Positions 31,300 through 40,890 of a stretch of 64,000 nucleotides of DNA are shown here, piece by piece. A model generated the notes under the pieces. The model did no database searches and was not told the origin of the DNA. It worked only from the letters and a program-made list of their open reading frames with translations. Source of the DNA: Alphaproteobacteria bacterium. Its GTDB lineage: Bacteria; Pseudomonadota; Alphaproteobacteria; MPNO01; UBA830. Location of the stretch: positions 2,560,001 through 2,624,000 of the forward strand of contig OZ219791.1 of NCBI GenBank assembly GCA_964291215.2, given 5' to 3'. Each line of letters starts with the position of its first letter. The stretch's first letter is position 1. Both the position numbers and the translations under genes were made by a program.

Positions 31300-31650
31300 G
31301 TCGAATCGTTTGACCGCATCGCTTCCGGCCCGGGTCAGCTATCGTATGGATTTCGATAGAAATCGACCGGTGAACAAGCTCATATTCTCGTCGATCAACC
31401 CCTTCTTGCCGGTCCACTTTTCCGTTGCATCGTAGTCCTCGATCAACACATGCGGCGGGCAATGAAGGCGAACAGGTTAGCCACCGGAATCAATCCTGCA
31501 TGGTGCGGCCTGATCGAGAATGTCGAGTCCATGATTTGGCCGAGCCGTGTCTACTTCCTCTTCCTGTCGTAGTCGTCCTCAGCCCAAGTTGGTAGTTTCC
31601 TGAGTACATCGCAGAGCTTGCCTACTTTACCCTCGTTGTCATCGAAGATC
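31300..31650 (-). pseudogene. DUF3800-like protein C-terminal remnant
   Basis: Minus-strand translation LIFDD...*...QIMDSTFSIRPHHAGLIPVANLFAFIARR with an internal stop; truncated by IS sequence. Confidence 0.4.
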
Positions 31651-32021
31651 AAGAGTAACTCAAGGTGATCCCATGCTTGTTGATGTGATGTGATCGGAGT
31701 CCTGATCGCGGCGCGGGTCGACGCGTTCGAGGCTGCGATTTTGAGATTTGCTGACGCGCTGTTGCGGCGCGGGGCGCGACTGGTCGGCGTATCCGGGGCG
31801 AGCGAGAGGCCTTGGTTGCCGGGCTCGAAAGCTTGCAGTTTCTGTCGGGGAGAGAGGCGCGGTCAGCCTGGTCTTGTGATTGCGTGCAGGACCTGCTTGC
31901 GCTTGTCGGCATAGTGGTGGCGGGCGTCGACGAAGCTGTTGAAGGGTTTGGGCAGCTTGTTGTGGATGATGATTGCGAGGGTGAGCGCGTTGTTTGCGGG
32001 CGCGTTCGGAGCATGGAGTTG
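31651..32021 (-). pseudogene. ISAs1-family transposase 3' remnant (other part at 35790-35926)
   Basis: Joined across the IS256 insertion it reads LAWNRGHWVVESHHHVRDATFRED...APANNA. Confidence 0.6.
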
Positions 32022-33217
32022 GATTACGCAACCTGATGTCTGGAAATTGTCGTGAAGCTGTCAGTCATCGAGCTGTTCCCATTTGATGTATGCCTTGGTT
32101 TCGGTTTCCCATTTTTCGTCGATGAGGACCGCGGTTGAGAGGCGCTCCAACGAGGCGAGGTTCGGAAAGACCCTGACTTTGGAGGTGCGCCGCTTGAGCT
32201 CTTGCTGGATCGGCCGCTCGATACCGTTCGAGGTTCGCATACGTTTGCGGTGAGCATCGGGCAAGGTGAAGACAGCGAGCCCCTCGGGCGCATTCTTTTC
32301 CAGCCAGTCTGCGAAGCCTGGATGCTTGTCGCGATAGCTGGCCACGAGGGCGCCCAGTTCAGCCTCGGCGGTTTGGAGTGAGGACGCATGGCTCCGAGCT
32401 GTTTTCCAATACGTTTCCTGATGTCATTGTTCGGTGCGTGCTGCACGGCGTTTTGCGCCAAGTGGAACTGGCAGCGCTGCCATGTCGCCGCGCCCAGCAC
32501 CGCGCGTCGTGCCGCTTTCAGCCCGGCATGGTCATCCGAGACGATGAAGGTCGTACCATGCAGGGCTAGCAAGCTTTCCAGGAAGGCTCTCCAATGGACC
32601 TCGGCCTCGGAGAGCGCCACAGAGAGCCCCAGAACGTGCCTGCAGCCCCTATTCCGATGGCCGAGAGCACTGCAACATCGCGCACAACGCCGTCATGGCG
32701 GGCTTTTTCGTAGCGCGCATCCAGGATCAGGTATTTCATCAGCCCAAGGGGCCGGTTGCGCCAGGCGGCGAGTTCTTCATCGAGCAACCTGGTGGCCCGG
32801 CTGACCTGAGAAGAGGACAGGCTTTCGATCCCGAACTCGCGCATTACATCTTGCCGCGTGGAAACACCCTTGATGTACATCTCGGCTACAGCCAGCATGA
32901 CGGCGCGAGAAGATCGCTGGCCGCGTTCAAGCGACTGGGGATAGAACGGATCGTCCCCGTGACCGGCCGTCTTTGGCACCTGAACGGTAACAGGGGGGTG
33001 TCGATCCGTTTGGGCTTGTAGCCGTTGGCATAGCCCTGTCGTTCCGGTGTCCGTTCGTAGCGGCCCGCTTTCAAGTGCTGCTCGCGCTCGATTTGCATCG
33101 CAAGCTCGAAGAGCTGACCAAAGATCCGCCCCAGATCCGTTGCTCCGTTTGCGATCAGATGTTCCAAAACGGCCTCAATCGTCGTAGTGTGTCGCAGGTC
33201 CATTCGCTTCCTCCATG

Positions 33218-34857
33218 GTAACTGCTCACCCCCTGGTTCCGGCTTGATGTCGGGGTAGAGCAACGAACGGGTTTTCGTGGAGATTTGACACTGCATGCCG
33301 ATTCGCTTAGTGGTGGTCATCGAGAACGACGGGGACCGCCAGTGGGCTACTTTGGATCGAAGGCGACGAGCGGGCTGTGCCAGCTGCTTCCGGGGCTCCA
33401 GCCTCCGCATGATCTGTATGTGGAAACGCATCTCGGAGGCGGCGCGCTGATGAAGCGCAAGGCCGGGTGATGGCGACGGTCAACGCAGCGTCGCTGCGCG
33501 AGGAGTTCGAAGCGGCCAAGACCCGGATCGCGGCGCTGCGTGCGGCCGGCAAGGTGGCGGAAGAGGCCGTGATCCGCGTCCTCGTCATCCTGCTCGACAT
33601 CATCATCGTCGTCCTTCTGGAGAAGACCACGCGCAAAACGAGCCGGAACTCCGGTCTGCCGCCGTCACAGACGGACAAGGACGAGAGCGTGCCGGAAGCA
33701 ACGGCAAGGGCCCGAAGCCGAACCGGCAGATGGGCGACAACCTGCGCAAGACCATCGTCGAGGAGACGGTCGCGGCCTGCGACGCCTGCGGCGCTGACAT
33801 CGACGGCCCCGTCGATCGGGAGCGCCGCGTCCTCTACGACATCGTGTTCGAGGTCGTCGAGCGCCGCGCCGAGATCAAGGAATGTCCGAAGTGCAAGGCC
33901 CGGACCAAGGGCCGGTTCCCCGACAACATCCCGTGCAGTACGGCATCGGCATCCAGGCCCTCGTCATCAACCTGCTGGTCGCCCAAATGCTGTCCCTGCG
34001 CCGTGCCGTCGCGTTCGTGCAGGCGATCTCCGGCATCAAGCTCTCCGAGGCAACCTGCCTCGGCTATGCTTTCACGATGCGTCATGGGAGGAGGCCGCCG
34101 TGGCGCACCTCCTGCAACGCCCAGCCCTGCATGTCGACGAGACCGGATTTCGGATCAACAGTAAGTGGCTTCATGTCGTGGGACCCTGACGTGCAAGTTC
34201 CCGCACCGCAAGCGCGGCCGGGAGGCAATCGAAGAGATCGGCATCATCCCGCGCTACAAGGGCGTCCTGGTCCACGACTGCTGGGCCTCGTACATGGGCT
34301 ATGACCAGTGTAGCCACCAGCTGTGCGGCAGCCACCTGCTGCGCGAACTGACCTTTGTCGTCGAGGCTACCGCTGGGCGCGGCTGATGAAGAGCCTGCTC
34401 CGCGAGGTCTGCCACAAGGTCAACAAGAGCGCATCCAAGACCCTGAACGACGCCGGGCGCAAGCGCTACCGCACCATCAGGGCGCCAGGGAACTGCCCGA
34501 TATCCTGCCGCCGCCAAAAGGAAAACGTGGACGCAAGTCCGACGCGCACAACCTGCACGAACGTCTTGTGAAACACGAAAAGTCAGTCCTGCGCTTCACA
34601 GACGACCCCAACGTCAGCTTCACCAACAATGCCGGAGAACAGAAGATCAGGATGGCAAAGGTCAAGCTCAAGGTGTCCGGATGCTTCCGCACCATGCTCC
34701 ACGCAAAAGCATGGTGCCGGAGCTCAAGCTACCTCACCTCCATGGCCGCACTCGGCTACAACCCACTCGTCGCCACCCAGATCGCCCTCGACGGAAAAGC
34801 CGCAGACATCATCAACGAGCACTATGAATCAGAACCCAACAAGGGGTGAGTAGATAC
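33218..34857 (+). mobile_element. IS66-like element: collapsed methyltransferase plus frameshifted transposase
   Basis: TIRs gtaactgctcacccc ... ggggtgagtagatac; GYFGSKATSGLCQ; HVDETGFR, VLVHDCWASY, HQLCGSHLLREL, FTNNAGEQ. Confidence 0.88.
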
Positions 34858-35412
34858 CCTCAAGGAATGGAACGCATCGTGCAGAGCGTCACGTGGTGGA
34901 GTAAAGACGCTCTTCCGGGTTCCTCTTCGCTACCTGCGTTCAGCCGCCTGTGACCCCCGCTTCTGCGCGCGGCGCGGGCTTTGGCCAATCGCATTGCCCT
35001 TCCCTCCAGCAACTCCGCAGGCTCCGAAGAACCCTTGTTCGCCGCCTTCAACGGTACTATGGCCGGATCTGACTTCTCGTTCATCATCGGTTTACGGAAT
35101 AGTTCCTTTCCTCTGCGGCCCCTCCACGACAGAGGGGCGATTGAAAGACCTCCCAGGTCCCTGCTTCGGCGCGTGCCATGGTTCTCGGACCCCGCGGAGC
35201 CCCCGCTCGCCTCACCAACGCGGCTCGTTGCCTTCGGCCACGACCTCGGCACTCCGGTTTCAAAGCATCTCGTGGCTCAATAGCCCGGCCTGCCGCTCCC
35301 CAACGCTTCGCCTGACGCCTCACGACGCATGGTTCACGGAGAAAGTGGTGGTTAGCCTCTCTTCCTGCCGGGACTTGCACCCGGCAACATTCCACCAGTT
35401 AGCCTGGCGCAC
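34858..35412 (-). ncRNA. Group II intron 5' remnant (class E/F-like), antisense in an IS66 transposase
   Basis: Minus strand starts GTGCGCCAGGCTAA...gggtgcaagtccc; gagaagtcaga...catagtacc.ttgaag..ggcgaac...ggagggaaggg; IEP N-terminal SLLHHVT. Confidence 0.72.
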
Positions 35413-35658
35413 CCAACGTCAGCTTCACCAACAATGCCGGAGAACAGAAGATCAGGATGGCAAAGGTCAAGCTCAAGGTGTCCGGATGCTTCCGCTCCAC
35501 GCAAAAGCATGGTGCCGGGGCTCAAGCTACCTCACCTCCATGGTGGCACTCGGCTACAACCCACTCGTCGCCACCCAGATCGCCCTCGACGGAAAAGCCG
35601 CAGACATCATCAACGAGCACTACGACCAATCAGAACCCAATTAGGGGTGAGTAGATAC
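35413..35658 (+). mobile_element. 3' end of a second IS66-like copy
   Basis: Duplicates about 34608-34857; 8-bp TSD cctccatg (33210-33217, 35659-35666) brackets 33218-35658. Confidence 0.85.
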
Positions 35659-35926
35659 CCTCCATGAATGTTTTACAACTCCATGGGATAGCACGATGGC
35701 GCCGCGTTTCACTGGGGGGGCTAGCCCCCCAGTGAAACGCCTCAAAGCGCAAACCTCAGACAAATTTCCAGACATCAAGTTACAGTACCTGGAGTTAGTT
35801 TGTCTTCGCGGAAGGTGGCGTCGCGGACATGATGATGGCTCTCAACTACCCAGTGTCCGCGATTCCATGCGAGCAGCTGTTGCGGCGAGGCGCGCTCGAC
35901 CGAGCATCCATGTTTCTTGGCAAGGT

Positions 35927-36093
35927 GTATCTACTCACCCCTCTACTTATGACGAAGATCGATCCGCTTCTTGTCAGCCGGAACACGCACCTCCGGTCAT
36001 CGGTCGCGAGCGAGTTAAAGGGGCAAGGGAAAATGCCGGATCCGAACCCGTCAGGAAAAACGATTCGTCATCAGTAGAGGGGTGAGTAGATAC
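35927..36093. mobile_element. 167-bp MITE with IS66-like right-end TIR at both ends
   Basis: Perfect 21-bp inverted repeat gtatctactcacccctctact; no TSD seen. Confidence 0.7.
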
Positions 36094-36355
36094 ATCTCAC
36101 GCAGATAATTCTCCTGCGTGCCAGACGACAGCCCCTTCATCGTCTCGACCGTCTTCTGGCGTAGAGGGGAAACGTCCCTTGTCTCTCACTCCCTGGTTGA
36201 TAGTCCTCCCGAACAGTCGGGAGCCTAGGAAGTGTGGCGCCTCGATCAGATCATCGAAACATCAGGAACGACGATCTCTCAACACAACCACTCACATCGA
36301 TCGCTCAGAACAGTGCTCGATCACAAGCACCCATGGCCGCGAAGCGGCCTTCGTC

Positions 36356-36477
36356 CAAAAAATCCGCTGCCCCTTCCATCACGACAACGGATACTACGCC
36401 GCTTCACAAAAAGCCAGCGAAAATGCGAATCATCCTGAACAAGCGGAATCAATCCTTTCAACAAACCTGGCGTGGGA
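36356..36477. repeat. ~120-bp dispersed repeat, second copy at 41648-41770
   Basis: aaaaatccgctgccccttccatcac...caacaaacctggcgtggga in both. Confidence 0.8.
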
Positions 36478-36619
36478 TCACGGTGGCCTCGGGTTGATCC
36501 AATGTTGATCGGATCGGCAGGGGGAGTGTAGTCTATGACGATGGGCATCCTGACAGGGTGCGCCGGTCTTGTACGGCCCGGCGCCCGCCGGACCAGACGC
36601 ATAACGGAGATACAATCCT

Positions 36620-37516
36620 ATGGCCTTTCGCACTCTGGCGGCCGTGGCCACTGTTTTCGCCCTTGCGGCGTGTGGCGGGGGCGGCAGCGCTTCCAACGGA
36701 GGCCCCAACAATCCCGGCGCGGCACTTGATCAAATCCGGGCATTGACCAATGCCGCGTCGCCGGCAGAAACGGTAGGAGACCAAGACGCGCGTGCTCCCG
36801 GCATAACCTCGCGCGCCGACTCCCTGCTTGTCACCACGATACATGCAGAGACGAGCGCGAGGGAAATTCCCACCTTCACCCTTCGGGCTTCGTGTTCGGG
36901 AACGGCATGCACGTTTAGCGAACCCAGAACCGGATATTCGGCTACCATCCGCCTGTCCGATTTTGAGTTCGTATCCGCCACCGAACATGCGGTTGGCACG
37001 AAGCACGGCGTCACGCTCGTCAGGTCGTCCGGACGCCATGACGGAACGGACTTCCGCGGGCTCGGTGGATGGATGAACCACAGCGGGTTCTTTGTGCGAG
37101 ACGAGCGGTCCACCGTTGATGGCATACGGATAGATGGTCGAAGTGGCGTCGTCGGTGGCGATCTGACGGGGTCGCGACCGCTCGGAAGCGCGACATGGCA
37201 GGGTTTGATGGTCGGCACCCCGGCCACGGGCGCGGGCGGTGGCGACAGGCTTCAGGGCGATGCGAGCCTGACGTACGACATGAGCTCCCGAACGCTGGAT
37301 GCCGCGTTCACGGACATTCAGAACATCGACCGGCTCCGCGCTCACTCTGTCTCTACCGTTCGCTTCGCCAGTGTCTCTGTAGGCGCGGACGGGAAGTTCC
37401 GAGCCGGTGCCACGGGCAACCACATTCAGGGCGGCTTCTACGGTTCCGGCCATGCCGAGGCGACGGGCGTCTTCGAGCAGCAGAACATCGTCGGAGCCTT
37501 CGGCGCTCGGCAGTAG
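36620..37516 (+). CDS. Lipoprotein with TbpB-like C-terminal beta-barrel (Slam-type surface lipoprotein)
   Basis: Lipobox LAAC-GGGG; ATWQGLMVG; IQGGFYGSGHAEATGVF...GAFGARQ. Confidence 0.8.
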   Translation: MAFRTLAAVATVFALAACGGGGSASNGGPNNPGAALDQIRALTNAASPAETVGDQDARAPGITSRADSLLVTTIHAETSAREIPTFTLRASCSGTACTFSEPRTGYSATIRLSDFEFVSATEHAVGTKHGVTLVRSSGRHDGTDFRGLGGWMNHSGFFVRDERSTVDGIRIDGRSGVVGGDLTGSRPLGSATWQGLMVGTPATGAGGGDRLQGDASLTYDMSSRTLDAAFTDIQNIDRLRAHSVSTVRFASVSVGADGKFRAGATGNHIQGGFYGSGHAEATGVFEQQNIVGAFGARQ

Positions 37517-38011
37517 CCGGGCTTGGCCCTGGCGGTCATGATGGCCATGGCGCTTGCCCGGGCGCGCGCCGGCCGCGTCAGGCAGATGAGGTCCTTCGTC
37601 GGCGCCGTGCCTTACCGCGACACAAGCTGAACCCTCTTCTGTCTCCGAAATCGTCAATCGGACCGCCGGGCTGCCGCCGGCACAGGCGAGACCGTGACTG
37701 TCGTTACGTAATGTTGTCTTATCGTTCTGGTTGTATCGCGGAAATCAACACCATTGCTCGCCTCCAAAGCCCGGATAAACGGAGCACTGCCACGCCACGA
37801 CACCTCATGTAACTCCGAAGACCTCACAGCCCACACGCACGGTGATCCCATGCTGCTAATCTGGTGACGACTAGCGAGATTTTCTCAGTTTGCGTCGCGC
37901 TGCAATCGTGCGCCAAGGCTCGATGGGGCCTTCTTGGCACGAAAATTGCGATCAAGGAGGCGATCTGTGATGAGCCGAGTCCCAACGCATTCGGATTTCG
38001 CGTCTCCGAAT

Positions 38012-39599
38012 CAGTGCCCGCGCGGAAATGACCGTTTTGGCTGCGATTCCGGCGAAATTTCTGGTTTGATCGCCCTTCCAGGTCCCGCTCCGTTTTCGGG
38101 GAGATTCCTGCTGATTCGCGGCGGTATCAGGGCTCTTCCAGCCGAGAAGCCGGACGAGCGGCTCCGTTCCCGCTCCCGGCGGGTTTCGCGGGTGGGGTGG
38201 AGGGATGCTGCCGTCAGGCGGCGCGTTTTCGTCGTCGTCGGGCCTGGGCTTGGGCCGTCTGTGCAACAGCAGGCGGTGGACATTGAAGGCGACCATGGAC
38301 AGCGCCACCATCCGCGCCGTCCGCCCCACAGGACCCGGTCCATGCCGCGTTGCTCAAGATTGTTGATCGCCGACTCCACGGCCGGATGCTGTCGGCGCAT
38401 CTCCCGGAATGTCGGGTCAGCTTCCCGTTCCGCCCGACCAGGCTTTCCCTTCTTCGGCAGCTCGTCCAGTGCAATCCGGTTGGAGGGGCTGTGGAACCCG
38501 CGATCGAAACTGCACAGGCCGGGGTAGCGAGCCTGTACTTCCCGGATCATGGGCACCGCATGGTCCACGTCACTGCCCTCCCACAGGATCCGGTGGTGCA
38601 GGAGGAAGCCGTGCTGGTCCTCCAGCATGGCCACCGGCACGCCGAGTTCCACCGGCACTTGCCCTTCACGCACCAGCGCTCCTCGAAGATCGAAAACACC
38701 CTCTCTTCCTGCGGGATCTTCTCGCCTTGGGCGGCGGTCCACCTGGTCGATCTGCCGGCGGGCATGGTTGAGGTACGATTTGATCTTGAGAATCCTGAAG
38801 GCCCCGACGCCCTTCTCCACAACCGTCTCTTGCGCTCCAACTCCCGGCTGTCGTCGAGGTACCATCCTCCGAAAAGGCCCGCCGGGTCTCTTCTGAAAGC
38901 GCTTCCCGCGGCTCCGATGCTGCCACTGCCGTCACCCCCGCGAGCACGGCTGCGCGGCCGCACCAGACAGCGCATCCCACAGCAGGTTGACGTCCGTCGG
39001 GTAGTGCACCTCACCACAAACGAATCGCAGCGGCCCCGCAAGGGACCGTCCGACTTGCGCTTGCGGACCATCGCATGGCCGCTCCCCGCCACCAGATGAG
39101 ATGCCTTCTCCAGCACTTCCGGCGTCAGATGGCTCACGTTCTCCAGCACCGTCCGATAGCTGTACCTCGTGTTGTCCCGGATATCGCCGTGGTCCGGGAA
39201 CTTCCGAACCGTCTCGTTCACCAGCTCGTGCAGATGATCGAGCCCAGGCCCTGCTTCAGGACACCAGGATCTTCCACAACGCCGGGACGCGCTTTCCTGT
39301 GGGACACTCCCGGAAGGATCCCCTCCTCCAGGATCTTGAACAGCCGGGTCGGCATACACGTGCTGAATCCCGCGCATGTCATCCCGCGAGTCTTCGCTGA
39401 GATCGATCTTCTCGATCGCAACCTGGCCCAATTCCAGCTGCGGAACGTTTCGCATGGCAATTCTCGCGAAGTTTTCCGAAAATCCGGCGGATTTCCGGTC
39501 TGATCGGCCAATTCCCGCCCCAAGGCGGGATTATTCGTCCCCTTTATATCAGGATTTCACCAAAAAAATCAAGCGATTTTATATTTTTTCCAGGCACTA
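38012..39599 (-). mobile_element. ISNCY/IS5-like element, heavily frameshifted transposase
   Basis: Ends agtgcc... / ...ggcact; QLELG..SRDD, RCDSFVV, VELGVPV, SFDRGFHSP, HPAVESAINNLE motifs. Confidence 0.78.
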
Positions 39600-39731
39600 A
39601 CTCGGTGACGACATGAAGCGATTGGGTCCTGCCGTCGACCCGGAAGCCGGTTTCGTCGACATGCAGCGTTGGGCGTTCCAGCAGCTCGGCGATGGCGGCC
39701 TGCTCCCATGAGTGCAGCGCGTCATGCAGGC

Positions 39732-39918
39732 CAGGACTTTCCTACGCTGCATTCGATCTTACCGACTGCTGATGGAGGGAGGTTGCACAGCCTGCCGGGT
39801 TTTCCGGCCGCGGGGCCGTCCACGGGTCGCCGCAGCCGGAAAACCTGGCAAGAATGCGGAAATTTGTGCCCCGTTCAGCGGTCATTCAATACATCAACCA
39901 CAGCGTGGGAAAGTCTTG
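39732..39918. mobile_element. MITE family A, copy 3
   Basis: Perfect 9-bp TSD catgcaggc (39723-39731, 39919-39927). Confidence 0.9.
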
Positions 39919-40559
39919 CATGCAGGCGCCTGACGTAGCAGAGGCAGGTGGCCTCGGAGAGGTCGGTACCGCAGGCGTCGCAGGCCTCGACGGCGACTGT
40001 CTCCTCGACGACGGTTTTCCGGAGGTTGTCGTCTGTCTGGAGGTTCGGCTTCGGGCCCTTGCCGCTGGCGCCCTTGCGCCGCTCGTCCTTGTCCGTCTAC
40101 GACGGCGGAAGGCCGGAGTCGGCGCCGGTCTTGCGGGTTGTCTTCTCCAGCAGGACGGCAAGCAGGATGCTCGGCAAGGTAAACAGTACGCGGATCACGT
40201 CATCGGCCTCTTTGGATATCTTGCCGGCAGCGCCGCGGTCCTGGCCGCCTCGAACGCCTCGCGCGCCGTGTTGACCGTCGCCATCACCCGGCCTCAACAG
40301 TCATGATCGCCGCGAGCATCGCCCGGCGGCATCTTCCGGTAGCCCGCCGCCCGGCCTTGCGCTTGATGCGCTGACGGTCCGTGCGGTTCCGCCCGGCATC
40401 GCCGGCCGAGTGCATCCGCCCGGGCTCGAAGTCGAGCCACACCACCTCGGTGCGGACCCGGGTCGTCACCTGCACGGCGATGCGGCGCCAGTCCCGCAGG
40501 GTGAAAGTTTCGTATGGCACGGTTGCAGGCTCAGTACCATTTGTTCATCTCACAGTGCC

Positions 40560-40890
40560 GGGGTGTGATTTGGGCTGATGTTGTCGTTGGCTGGTGCGCC
40601 GTCTGCACCGATCATGGCCGTCCACGCGCTCTCGAAGCGGTCGGGCAGGGTGCGGAAGGTGATTGTCCGCCGACGATGCGCCAGCGCATGCCGGAGCGTT
40701 TCATGCGCTGTGTGACGAGGGTCTTGTTTGCCGCCTCGACAATTCCCGAGCCGGTTGCTTCAGCGCGTGGTAGCGCATGCGGTAGCGATGTTTGCGGAAG
40801 AAGGACAGTTCCCTGTCGACATCGGCCCGTTGGCTCCGCGGTGTCGCGAAGGTGGCGCAGCGTCCGGATCACCCTGTCGATGCCGCGGGG
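40560..40890 (-). pseudogene. ISKra4-family transposase C-terminal fragment
   Basis: GSGIVEAANKTLVTQRMKRSGMRW. Confidence 0.7.

Larger units (their letters stand above)
32022..35789 (-). mobile_element. IS256-family element, interrupted at its 5' end by an IS66 composite
   Basis: Same TIRs as 2270-3740; flanks tggagttg / tggagtta; frameshifted transposase 32060-33205. Confidence 0.85.

Noticed and set aside
37517-37630. Short frame LALAVMMAMALARARAGR...MRSFVG after the lipoprotein
   Set aside because: Possibly a transposase C-terminal scrap, but too short to support a call.
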